This document shows positions 31,955-41,311 of a DNA stretch of 64,000 nucleotides, in pieces; position 1 is the stretch's first letter, and every line of letters starts with the position of its first letter. Under the pieces are notes generated by a model. That model had not been told where the DNA came from. It ran no database searches and saw only the letters and a list, made by a program, of their open reading frames with translations. This stretch comes from Prochlorococcus sp. AG-355-B18 (GTDB lineage: Bacteria; Cyanobacteriota; Cyanobacteriia; PCC-6307; Cyanobiaceae). The stretch is taken from NCBI GenBank assembly GCA_003280965.1, contig QCDI01000005.1, positions 32,001 to 96,000 on the forward strand, read 5' to 3'. The position numbers and the translations under genes are program-made.

Positions 31955-33190
31955 TTAGCAGTATAAATCGCCGTTTATAAAAACTTTTCTCTTTAAATTG
32001 CTCGAAAAAACATCTGCCCATCTTTGTGCATCTAAAATCACAAAATCAGCAGGACAACCTTTTTTAATTAAACCATCCCATTTTAAATTTAATAATCTGC
32101 TTGGAGCTAAAAAAATAGGAGATAGAGTCATTCTCTCCCAGGGATTTAGTTGAAGCATAGGCATCGAGCAAGACAACATATAAAAAGGGTCAAAATTACC
32201 AAATGGATACCAAGGGTCTTGAACGTTATCACTACCAATAGATACATCCACATGTGATTTTTGTAATTGTTTTATTGGTGCAACTGGTCTTTTTAATGAA
32301 GTTGTTTTATTGCTTCGATTGAGCAGCCAAAAATTTGTTAGGGGTAAGGCAATAACCTTGATATTTTTCTCAGCCATTTTTTCTCCTAAATTTAAAATCT
32401 CTCCATTACTTAGAGAAATAAGACTACTCAAATGACTACAAGTGATCGGAATACTATTGATTTTTAAATTTTCGATTGTTTCTAATAAAACTTTTATTCC
32501 CGCTCCGGGTTCAATAATTGATTCATCTATATGCAAATCAATTTCTAATTTATATTTTTTCGCAAGAAGAAGCATCTTTGCTAGAAATTTGCTTGTATTT
32601 TTTTTATTGAAAGGGGGTACAATAACACCTCCTAATATACCTCCATTAGAGGAAAATATTTTTGCTAAATCTTCTCCATCAGTAGTACCCCAGAATTCCA
32701 ATGGAGCTAGAGCAACGTATTGTAAAATCAACTCAGATGAAAATTTTTTTTGTAATTTAAAAAGTTCAATCCAAATATCAATAGACTGACCTTCGTATGT
32801 ATCAATATGACTTCTAATTGCTCGGTATCCATTTTGTATGGCAAGTTTTAATGATTTCTCAACTCTTTTAAGAACCTTATCTGTAGTTCTAGTTTTATGT
32901 TCTTCAAGATTTACTGATAATGCTCCTCCATAGTTTGATTCCAAATTAGGAAAATCTGCCCATGTAAAAGATTTATCAAAATGCGAATGAGTTTCAACAA
33001 ATCTTGGGAGTAAAATATTTTTTGGTTTTGTAACTTTATTTTTTAAAGGCTTTAACTCAGAAACAAATCCTTCCTCCCAACCAATGGAAACTGAGCATAA
33101 ATCCTCTACATCGATAATGAGGTTATCTATTTCTTCTATTAAACAAAGGCTTCTGGGAATAAGAACCTCAGCTTTGCCGGAATTACTCAA
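31955..33190 (-). CDS. Cytosine-deaminase-like metal-dependent amidohydrolase
   Basis: ETHSHFDK (HxH), RSHID, DLHIDE, CSH and GSDNVQDPWYPFG motifs. Confidence 0.88.
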   Translation of the reverse strand: MSNSGKAEVLIPRSLCLIEEIDNLIIDVEDLCSVSIGWEEGFVSELKPLKNKVTKPKNILLPRFVETHSHFDKSFTWADFPNLESNYGGALSVNLEEHKTRTTDKVLKRVEKSLKLAIQNGYRAIRSHIDTYEGQSIDIWIELFKLQKKFSSELILQYVALAPLEFWGTTDGEDLAKIFSSNGGILGGVIVPPFNKKNTSKFLAKMLLLAKKYKLEIDLHIDESIIEPGAGIKVLLETIENLKINSIPITCSHLSSLISLSNGEILNLGEKMAEKNIKVIALPLTNFWLLNRSNKTTSLKRPVAPIKQLQKSHVDVSIGSDNVQDPWYPFGNFDPFYMLSCSMPMLQLNPWERMTLSPIFLAPSRLLNLKWDGLIKKGCPADFVILDAQRWADVFSSNLKRKVFINGDLYC

Positions 33191-33318
33191 ATTTTTAAAT
33201 TTTCTTTTATTTTAAATCATAAGAAAACTTTACTGAATTAGAAAATAATTCAAATTTCGCTAAAAGATAAAAATAAGTATGAAAATTACCCTTTAGTTGT
33301 TAAATTTATAGATGTGAG

Positions 33319-33391
33319 GCGGGCGTCGCCAAGTGGTTAAGGCAGCGGCTTGTGGCGCCGCTATTCGGGGGTTCGAATCCCCTCGCTCGCC
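33319..33391 (+). tRNA. trnH: tRNA-His (GUG)
   Basis: Acceptor GCGGGCG/CGCTCGC plus C; encoded G-1 at 33318; anticodon arm GCGGC-TTGTGGC-GCCGC; GGTTCGAATCC. Confidence 0.97.
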
Positions 33392-33463
33392 CTCAAAAAT
33401 ATTGCAGCAAAATTATTTAACTTGTAATTTTGAATTAAAGAATCATAAAAAATTCCTAGCAAA

Positions 33464-34858
33464 GTGCTAACAAAAACAAAATCAGACGAAAAAAAATCTC
33501 AAAAGAATTCAACTACCGGCAGTTATTGGATCACAACATTTGGATGCCAAATGAACAAGGCTGATTCTGAGAGAATGGCTGGGACATTAGAGAGGATGGG
33601 ATATACCAGAGCGGATAATGAATTAAATGCAGATTTGGTCTTGTACAATACATGCACAATTAGAGATAATGCGGAACAAAAAGTCTATAGCTTTCTAGGA
33701 AGACAAGCTAAAAGAAAGCACAAAACACCTAACTTAAAACTTGTTGTTGCAGGTTGCCTTGCTCAGCAAGAGGGAGAATCCTTATTAAGAAGAGTCCCAG
33801 AACTTGATCTGGTTATGGGGCCTCAACACGTAAATAATCTTGAGAATCTTCTGGGGAAAGTTGATTTAGGAAATCAAGTTGCTGCCACAGAAGAAACCTT
33901 CATTTCTGAAGACATAACAAGTGCCAGAAGAGAAAGCTCTATTTGTGGCTGGGTTAATATCATTTATGGATGTAATGAAAGATGTTCATATTGTGTAGTC
34001 CCTACTGTCAGAGGGAAAGAGCAATCAAGATATCCAAATGCGATAAAAAGTGAGATCCAAAAATTAGCTGATAATAATTTTAAAGAAATTACTCTTTTGG
34101 GTCAGAACATTGATGCTTATGGTAGAGACCTTCCAGGAACTACAAAAGAGGGGAGAAAAGAGACTACTCTAACTGATCTTTTATATTATATTCATGATGT
34201 TAAAGGAATTCGCAGGATAAGATTTGCTACTAGTCATCCAAGATATTTTTCAAAAAGGTTGATTCAAGCTTGTTATGAACTTGATAAAGTCTGTGAACAT
34301 TTCCATATTCCCTTCCAAAGTGGAAATGATGAAATCTTAAAACAAATGTCAAGAGGATACTCTATTAAAAAGTATAAAAATATTATCGAGAATATAAGGT
34401 CATTAATGCCAGATGCATCAATCACTGCTGACGCAATAGTTGCTTTCCCAGGAGAAACTGAACAACAATATCAAGATACATTAAAACTAATATCAGAAAT
34501 TGGTTTTGATCAAGTAAATACGGCAGCATATTCTCCAAGACCAAATACGCCTGCAGCAGTTTGGACAAATCAACTTTCTGAGGTGGTAAAAAAAGCTAGA
34601 TTACAAGAAATAAATGATTTAGTCGAAAAAACTGCTAGGAGCAGAAACCAAAGATACATCAATAATATAGAAAGCGTTTTAATTGAGGGTTTCAATCCAA
34701 AAAATTCATCGCAAATTATGGGTAGAACTAGAACAAATAGATTAACTTTCGTAGAGATTCCCAAAAACATTAATTTTAATTTTTCATTGGGAGATGAAAT
34801 AGATGTCAAAATAAACGAAGCAAGACCTTTTTCTTTAACAGGCGAACTTTATTTATAA
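33464..34858 (+). CDS. miaB: tRNA-2-methylthio-N6-dimethylallyladenosine synthase
   Basis: [26 protein letters not shown] radical-SAM motif, C-terminal TRAM domain. Confidence 0.96.
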   Translation: MLTKTKSDEKKSQKNSTTGSYWITTFGCQMNKADSERMAGTLERMGYTRADNELNADLVLYNTCTIRDNAEQKVYSFLGRQAKRKHKTPNLKLVVAGCLAQQEGESLLRRVPELDLVMGPQHVNNLENLLGKVDLGNQVAATEETFISEDITSARRESSICGWVNIIYGCNERCSYCVVPTVRGKEQSRYPNAIKSEIQKLADNNFKEITLLGQNIDAYGRDLPGTTKEGRKETTLTDLLYYIHDVKGIRRIRFATSHPRYFSKRLIQACYELDKVCEHFHIPFQSGNDEILKQMSRGYSIKKYKNIIENIRSLMPDASITADAIVAFPGETEQQYQDTLKLISEIGFDQVNTAAYSPRPNTPAAVWTNQLSEVVKKARLQEINDLVEKTARSRNQRYINNIESVLIEGFNPKNSSQIMGRTRTNRLTFVEIPKNINFNFSLGDEIDVKINEARPFSLTGELYL

Positions 34859-34867
34859 ACTTTTTAA

Positions 34868-35935
34868 ATGATAAGGGGTAAAAAAAAATGTATTGGTTTA
34901 ATATTTGGTGGGAATTCCAATGAACATGAAGTATCAATATCCTCTGCAAAAACAGTTTTTCAAGCATTTAATTCAGAAATAAACAAAGAACGCTATACAG
35001 TTAAAACCTTTTACATAAACAAATATGGAGATTGGCTTGATAGTCATCTCTCAGAAAAGATACTAATTGGTGGAATTGAAAACAATAAAACAAATAAACA
35101 AGAAATTTTTAATCCAAAAAAAATTAATTTCCTTGACGGAATTGAATTTCAAAATGTTGATGTTTGGTTTCCTCTTTTACATGGATTTAATGGTGAAGAC
35201 GGATCAATTCATGGCTTACTTAGATTTACAAATAAACCTTTAGTCGGATGTGGAATTATTGGCTCTGCACTTGGAATGGATAAAATATTGATGAAAACAA
35301 TTTTCTCAAATCTTAAACTTCCACAAGTTAATTATCTAGTTTTTCAAAATGAAGATCTCAACGATAAGCAAGTAAAAAATAAAATAATTAATGAAATTTT
35401 AAAAGAATTAAAATTTCCTGTTTTTGTTAAACCATCGAACTCTGGATCATCTCTTGGCATCTCCAAAGTCAAAAATGAATCAGAAATATTACAAGCATTA
35501 GAAAAGGCTATGGGAATAGATCCAAGAATCTTAGTAGAGGAAGGTTTAGAGGTAAGGGAGATTGAATGCGGAATAATTGGGAATTCAAAACTCTTAACCT
35601 CTGAGATAGGCGAGGTAAATTACGAAAGTGATTGGTATGATTACGATTCAAAATATCACTCAAATAATAAAATAATTATCCCAGCCGAAATAGATTCTAA
35701 AATCACAAAAGAAATCAAAGAAATTGCTATTAAAAGTTGTAGAGCACTAAATATTTTTGGTTTTGCAAGGGTAGATTTCTTTTTAGAAAAATCTTCAAAT
35801 AAAATTTTGCTAAATGAAATAAATACAATTCCTGGTTTTACAAAAAAAAGTATGTTTCCAATGCTTTGGGAAGCTTCAGGTTTAAAAATTGAACAACTTG
35901 TGGCTAAACTGGTAGATATATCTATAGATTTGTAA
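34868..35935 (+). CDS. ddl: D-alanine--D-alanine ligase
   Basis: FGGNSNEHEVS, LHGFNGEDG, GSSLGI and NEINTIPGFT motifs. Confidence 0.97.
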   Translation: MIRGKKKCIGLIFGGNSNEHEVSISSAKTVFQAFNSEINKERYTVKTFYINKYGDWLDSHLSEKILIGGIENNKTNKQEIFNPKKINFLDGIEFQNVDVWFPLLHGFNGEDGSIHGLLRFTNKPLVGCGIIGSALGMDKILMKTIFSNLKLPQVNYLVFQNEDLNDKQVKNKIINEILKELKFPVFVKPSNSGSSLGISKVKNESEILQALEKAMGIDPRILVEEGLEVREIECGIIGNSKLLTSEIGEVNYESDWYDYDSKYHSNNKIIIPAEIDSKITKEIKEIAIKSCRALNIFGFARVDFFLEKSSNKILLNEINTIPGFTKKSMFPMLWEASGLKIEQLVAKLVDISIDL

Positions 35936-35945
35936 TTTAAATCAA

Positions 35946-36356
35946 ATGTTGCATGGACTACTTTGGTTACCATTACTTTTAATCTTCGTTTTATTAACTG
36001 CACTTGGATGGTTAGAAAGAAGAAGGCAAAATCTTTTTAGAAGTTGGGCGAGTGATTCTGAACTGTGCAAGTTAGATAGTTCAGGCGCAGCGTCTTTAAA
36101 AGATGGAAAGTTAAAGTGGAGCGCATTTGAAGCTGGTAAATTTGAAGAAAAAGATTGTTTTACAATCAAGAAACTAGAATTAGTTGAATTAATGGCACTA
36201 ACTTCAGGAGAAGCTCCTTTAACAAGTGATTCTCAAGGCAAGTGTAGGTTGAGATTAGTAGGGGATGGTAAAGAGATGGATGTACCATTTTCAGATGCAG
36301 ATCAAGCAAGAGAATGGATGGACCAACTTATGGAAAAAGCTCGATGTGATTTGTGA
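35946..36356 (+). CDS. Conserved hypothetical protein with N-terminal membrane anchor
   Basis: Hydrophobic N-terminal helix followed by ERRRQ; stop overlaps the ftsQ start (GTGA). Confidence 0.8.
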   Translation: MLHGLLWLPLLLIFVLLTALGWLERRRQNLFRSWASDSELCKLDSSGAASLKDGKLKWSAFEAGKFEEKDCFTIKKLELVELMALTSGEAPLTSDSQGKCRLRLVGDGKEMDVPFSDADQAREWMDQLMEKARCDL

Positions 36357-37078
36357 AAAACCTAAAAAGAATAAAAAAAAGAAGTTATTTTTTTCTAATT
36401 TCATTTTTATTTTTATTAGGCTTGGTAAGCCTTAGAACCTTAAAAAAGATTGATATTCAGGACATTAAAATATCTGGCAGTGAATTATTTTCTCAAGATG
36501 ATGTAGTAAATAATTCATCTTTAAAATTTCCAATCCGGTTAATTTTTATTGAAACTAATTTTTTAGAAAAAGAGTTAAAGCAAAATTTATCGCTGAAGAA
36601 TGTTTCAGTAATCAGACAAATATTCCCTTTTGGATTGAAAATTGAGGTTAATACAAGAACCCCTATAGCCTATGGCGAGAGAATAGTAAATGACGAAAAA
36701 ATATTAGGATATATTGATAAAGATGGAATTTTTATAAATAAAAATAATGTAGACGAAAAAAGTTTGAGCAAACTTGTCATTCAAGTTTTTGGTTGGAAAG
36801 AAGAATTTAAAAAAATATTATCTGAAATTTTAAATGCTCAAAAGAATTATGAATACGAGTTAGTAAAAATAACTTTCTCACCAAATGGATTTCTAACTGT
36901 TGAGGAAAAAGATTTAAAAACAATATTCCTTGGATTTAATCCAAATTTAATCAACTATCAATTACTTATAATCAACAACCTAAAAAACGAATTTACGAAA
37001 AATAACTTTTCTGAAAAAATAGATAATATCGATATTACCGATCCAAATAAACCAAAAATAAAAGTGTTCAAACCCTAA
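36353..37078 (+). CDS. ftsQ: Cell division protein FtsQ/DivIB
   Basis: Basic N-tail, TM segment, POTRA-like region (I.ISG...VSVIRQIFPFGL.I.V); directly upstream of ftsZ. Confidence 0.85.
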   Translation: MKNLKRIKKRSYFFLISFLFLLGLVSLRTLKKIDIQDIKISGSELFSQDDVVNNSSLKFPIRLIFIETNFLEKELKQNLSLKNVSVIRQIFPFGLKIEVNTRTPIAYGERIVNDEKILGYIDKDGIFINKNNVDEKSLSKLVIQVFGWKEEFKKILSEILNAQKNYEYELVKITFSPNGFLTVEEKDLKTIFLGFNPNLINYQLLIINNLKNEFTKNNFSEKIDNIDITDPNKPKIKVFKP

Positions 37079-37257
37079 TATTTGGGAACTAATTTTAAAA
37101 AATTTTTTTTAATTATTGTAGTGTTGATAAGGGTTTAGCATTTTTATCAAAATATTTAATAAATAAATATTTTAAGGATTTTTCTCAACAAATTCATACA
37201 GATGAGCTTAGTGAGTTCATAATGCACCCAATACTAGTAATAGATTCCTAATTAGAG

Positions 37258-38373
37258 ATGAGCTTCGGTAACAATCCAAACTTTGATCAATCGAGAGAAA
37301 TCCTTCCAAGTCAAAACGCCAAAATAGAAGTTATTGGCGTAGGTGGCGGTGGAAGTAACGCAGTTAACAGAATGATAAATAGTGATTTAGATGGCGTATC
37401 ATTTCGAGTTCTCAATACTGATGCACAAGCACTTCTACAATCTGCTGCAGAGAGTAGAGTTCAACTAGGGCAAAACCTTACAAGAGGGCTGGGAGCTGGA
37501 GGAAATCCAAGTATTGGGCAAAAAGCTGCAGAAGAATCCAAAGAAGAGCTTCAACAAGCTTTAGAGGGCTCTGATTTAGTTTTTATAGCAGCTGGGATGG
37601 GCGGTGGAACAGGAACGGGAGCAGCTCCTGTAGTAGCAGAAGTCGCCAAACAAAGTGGGGCCCTAACAGTAGGTATTGTCACAAAACCATTTTCTTTTGA
37701 AGGCAAAAGAAGAATGCGTCAAGCAGAAGAGGGTATTGCAAGACTTGCAGAAAATGTAGATACTCTCATAGTCATTCCAAATGACCGATTAAAAGATGTT
37801 ATTGCGGGAGCCCCCCTTCAAGAAGCATTTAGGAATGCAGATGATGTTTTAAGAATGGGAGTCAAAGGTATAAGTGACATAATTACTTGCCCAGGGTTAG
37901 TTAATGTTGACTTCGCAGATATAAGATCTGTCATGACTGAAGCGGGAACTGCTCTTCTCGGTATAGGAATTGGTTCAGGAAGATCAAGAGCATTAGAAGC
38001 GGCACAGGCAGCGATGAATAGTCCTTTACTTGAGGCAGCTAGAATTGATGGAGCTAAAGGGTGCGTTATAAATATAACTGGTGGGAAAGACATGACTTTA
38101 GAAGACATGACCTCAGCATCTGAAATTATTTATGATGTTGTTGATCAAGAAGCCAATATTATTGTTGGTGCAGTTGTTGATGAAGCAATGGAAGGAGAAA
38201 TACAAGTCACTGTAATCGCTACCGGATTTGAAACAAATCAACCTTTAAAACAACAAAGAATTAAAAACAGATTGGCAAATCAACCTTTATACAATATGTC
38301 CGAAAACAAAGATTCTGGTGCTTCTATTCCTGAATTCTTAAGGTTGAGACAAAATAAAAAAGATATAGACTAA
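37258..38373 (+). CDS. ftsZ: Cell division protein FtsZ
   Basis: [23 protein letters not shown] and C-terminal IPEFLR motifs. Confidence 0.99.
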   Translation: MSFGNNPNFDQSREILPSQNAKIEVIGVGGGGSNAVNRMINSDLDGVSFRVLNTDAQALLQSAAESRVQLGQNLTRGLGAGGNPSIGQKAAEESKEELQQALEGSDLVFIAAGMGGGTGTGAAPVVAEVAKQSGALTVGIVTKPFSFEGKRRMRQAEEGIARLAENVDTLIVIPNDRLKDVIAGAPLQEAFRNADDVLRMGVKGISDIITCPGLVNVDFADIRSVMTEAGTALLGIGIGSGRSRALEAAQAAMNSPLLEAARIDGAKGCVINITGGKDMTLEDMTSASEIIYDVVDQEANIIVGAVVDEAMEGEIQVTVIATGFETNQPLKQQRIKNRLANQPLYNMSENKDSGASIPEFLRLRQNKKDID

Positions 38374-38387
38374 AAGGTAAAATAGAG

Positions 38388-38483
38388 TGACTCGGTTATC
38401 TCGCCTGCCTCAAGCATCCCTTGTGGCTGCTACCTTCCGGTCCTGACCAGGTTTAGGCGTTAAAACCGCGAAAGGCCGAGTCA
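38388..38483 (-). ncRNA. ffs: Signal recognition particle RNA (4.5S)
   Basis: Minus strand contains GTCAGGACCGGAAGGTAGCAGC (SRP helix 8); ends TGACTCGG/CCGAGTCA pair into a long hairpin. Confidence 0.95.
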
Positions 38484-38529
38484 AGGATATACTAGCAATT
38501 CTTGATTAAAAAAGATACATAAATTTCTT

Positions 38530-39303
38530 ATGTTACCTTCAGAACTCGTTCAATATAAAAAAAAATCTCAAAAAATTATTGCATTAACTGCATGGGACTC
38601 TATATCCGGTTCTATTGCAGAACAAGCAAATGTTGATCTTGTATTAGTAGGGGATTCATTAGCGATGGTCTGTTTAGGATACAAATCCACATTACCGTTA
38701 ACTTTAGAAAACATAATTCATCATACTAATGCTGTTTCAAGGGGTTTTAAAAAGAAAATTGAAGAACAACCTTTGGTAGTTTCCGATATGCCTTTTCTCA
38801 CTTATCAATGTGGAGAGGATAAAGCTGTAGAGTATGCGGGGAAAATTATTCAAAGCACATTCGCAAAAGCTGTGAAGGTTGAAGGTGCTGAACCAGAAAT
38901 ACAAAAGGTAATTTCAAGATTAATAAGAATGGGGATCCCAGTGATGGGTCATATAGGGCTTACACCACAAAGCTATCTAAATCTTGGATTAAAGAAGCAA
39001 GGCAAAAGTTTAGAAAGCCAAGAAAAAATAAAAAGAGAAGCTTCCATACTCGAAAAATTAGGATGTTTTGCAATAGTTCTTGAACATATTCCTGAGTCAC
39101 TTGCTAAAGAGATTCAGAATAGCTTAACAATACCCACAATAGGGATTGGTGCAGGTAATTATTGCGATGGGCAAGTAAGAGTGACTGCAGATTTATTAGG
39201 CCTTAATGATGATCAACCACCATTTTGCCAACCAATCATTCAAGGAAAGAAATTACTTAAAGATAAATTAAAAGAATGGGTATCGTCAGAAAGACTAAAC
39301 TAA
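38530..39303 (+). CDS. panB: 3-methyl-2-oxobutanoate hydroxymethyltransferase
   Basis: LVGDSL, DMPF, VKVEG, GHIGLTPQ and IGIGAG motifs. Confidence 0.97.
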   Translation: MLPSELVQYKKKSQKIIALTAWDSISGSIAEQANVDLVLVGDSLAMVCLGYKSTLPLTLENIIHHTNAVSRGFKKKIEEQPLVVSDMPFLTYQCGEDKAVEYAGKIIQSTFAKAVKVEGAEPEIQKVISRLIRMGIPVMGHIGLTPQSYLNLGLKKQGKSLESQEKIKREASILEKLGCFAIVLEHIPESLAKEIQNSLTIPTIGIGAGNYCDGQVRVTADLLGLNDDQPPFCQPIIQGKKLLKDKLKEWVSSERLN

Positions 39304-39389
39304 AAAACCCCATTTTGTCATAAAGTCTAATTCCTTAAGAACATAGTATTTCAAAGGTTTAGAAGGGTATACATTATCTTTTAATTATT

Positions 39390-39476
39390 TCATTTTCTTC
39401 TATTTTTGATATTTAAAAATAAGTTTATATAGTTTGCAATAACTAATAAAAGCAAAAGGAATGTATTAATAGACAT
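39390..39476 (-). CDS. Putative 28-aa single-TM small protein (not in ORF track)
   Basis: MSINTFLLLLLVIANYINLFLNIKNRRK; upstream TTGACA (39515-39520) and TATAAC (39490-39495) on the same strand. Confidence 0.5.
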   Translation of the reverse strand: MSINTFLLLLLVIANYINLFLNIKNRRK

Positions 39477-39586
39477 TTAAAATAGGGTCGTTATAACCTT
39501 TAATTTAGATCTACTGTCAATCGATGGATATTTGTTTCAAAAAATTTTTTTTACAAATTTCAAAAGATATTTAAGACTATATTCCT

Positions 39587-39817
39587 TTGGTTAATAAATT
39601 GATTTTGAAAAACTCTATTTCTCTTGTTCCTTTTCTTTCGATGATAATTCTTACATTGGGATGTTCAAATAAACCCGCAGAAAAAGAAATGAAAATGCCA
39701 ATTTTATTTGATACCAGAGAACAGGCAGAAAAAGAAGCCTATAAATTTGGTTGCAAAGGAGCTCATCAAATGGGGAATAAATGGATGTCATGTAATATGC
39801 ACAAACATAACCATTAA
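39587..39817 (+). CDS. Small putative lipoprotein with a DUF3721-like domain (start may be TTG 39605)
   Basis: Lipobox-like LTLGC; F.TREQAEKEAYKFGCKGAHQMGNKWMSC pattern; His-rich C-terminus. Confidence 0.7.
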   Translation: MVNKLILKNSISLVPFLSMIILTLGCSNKPAEKEMKMPILFDTREQAEKEAYKFGCKGAHQMGNKWMSCNMHKHNH

Positions 39818-39991
39818 AACGAGTGTTTAATCTCTCCATTTTTTATTAACTTAGAATAATTTTATTTTTGGCGAGATTTGCTTCACCTTTTATTAAAGAA
39901 GTTTTTGAGGAAATATATTTTATCTTCTGTAATTCCCACAAAACAAGTTATGGCAATAGGTTTAGTTATGACAAAATAGGTATGGTTAATC

Positions 39992-41215
39992 TTAATTAAT
40001 TTCATCCCACCATTCAAACATGGAGATAAGAATTTGATTGCTAAGTTCCATACCTTGGGGATCACTTAAAAAGAATCTATTACCATTTTTTACTAGTAGT
40101 CCACTTTCAAGAAATCTTTCCCATTTAGAAAGCAATTTTCTAAGATTACTTTCCAATTTTTTATTTTCCCAGTTTTGTTCTTCAAAAAATTTGTAAATAT
40201 CTATACCCTCTTTTAATCTCAAACCCAACATTATTTTCTCATCCAATTCTTGATAAACATAATCAATATTATTAAGAGATGAATCTAAACTAAGTTTGTA
40301 TTGCCCCATTACCCATTCTTTGTATTCTTTACTAACTCTTGGTCTAGTTAGCTTTTGCCCCCAGGGTGAACTAGTGGAACCTTGCCCAAAACCCCACCAA
40401 CCCAAACCACTCCAATAAACTCTATTATGTCTGGATTGATGCTTAGGGAGACAATAATTTGAAATTTCATATCTTGAGTATCCTGAGTTTTTTAAAATTA
40501 AATGAGTTGTTTCACTATTTTTGAAAGCCAGTTCATCACTTGGAAGTTGTAATTTTCCTAAATTAACTAGTTTCTTAAAAACAGTTCCATTTTCTATATT
40601 TAAATCGTATATGGAAATATGAGGTGGTGAAAATGTTATTGCTTTTTTTAAATCCTCTTTCCATTCTCTAAGTCCACTAAGCGGCAAGTTCTGAATTAAA
40701 TCTAAGCTCCAGCTTTTTATTAACCCAGCACTATATACTTTTTTCAACCACAAGCAAGATTTTTCAGCATCTTCTCTCAAATGTCTCCTCCCAGACTTTT
40801 GAAGAATTTGATTATCAAAACTTTGCACTCCAAGACTAAATCTATTTATCCCAGCATTTATAAATCCATGAAGATCGTCAAGATTAAAACTTGCGGGGTC
40901 AACTTCCATAGTGATTTCAGCACCATAGTCAACTCCATAATTTTCTTTAAAAAGATCAATTAATTGTTTAATTTGTTGAGGATCTAGTATTGATGGTGTA
41001 CCACCACCAACATAAATTGTCGAAAGAGATGATTTATGCTTAATTGACAATATTTCTTTGTATAAAAAGTGCAAATATTCTTTAACAGTTTTGCTTCCAT
41101 AACCTTGCAAAGTTTCAACTTTGTTTCCTAATGGAATAACAGCGAAATCACAATAAAAGCACCTTCTATGGCAAAAAGGGATGTGTACGTAAGCACTTCT
41201 CGGAAACTTATTCAT
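39992..41215 (-). CDS. hemW: Radical SAM heme chaperone HemW (HemN-like)
   Basis: YVHIPFCHRRCFYCDF, GGGTPS, YEISN and HNRVYW (HNxxYW signature of HemW). Confidence 0.9.
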   Translation of the reverse strand: MNKFPRSAYVHIPFCHRRCFYCDFAVIPLGNKVETLQGYGSKTVKEYLHFLYKEILSIKHKSSLSTIYVGGGTPSILDPQQIKQLIDLFKENYGVDYGAEITMEVDPASFNLDDLHGFINAGINRFSLGVQSFDNQILQKSGRRHLREDAEKSCLWLKKVYSAGLIKSWSLDLIQNLPLSGLREWKEDLKKAITFSPPHISIYDLNIENGTVFKKLVNLGKLQLPSDELAFKNSETTHLILKNSGYSRYEISNYCLPKHQSRHNRVYWSGLGWWGFGQGSTSSPWGQKLTRPRVSKEYKEWVMGQYKLSLDSSLNNIDYVYQELDEKIMLGLRLKEGIDIYKFFEEQNWENKKLESNLRKLLSKWERFLESGLLVKNGNRFFLSDPQGMELSNQILISMFEWWDEIN

Positions 41216-41311
41216 AATTTCGATACATTTTAGAGCTCCAAAAATCTAATAAGGATCGAAAAAAATAAAATCCTTATTTACTCAATTAATAAATCCTTGT
41301 AGATTAGGTAT

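Noticed and set aside
39651..39839. 62-aa minus-strand ORF
   Set aside because: Antisense to the better-supported DUF3721-like lipoprotein ORF
39883..40065. 60-aa minus-strand ORF overlapping the hemW 3' end
   Set aside because: Starts inside hemW in another frame; low-information AT-rich composition
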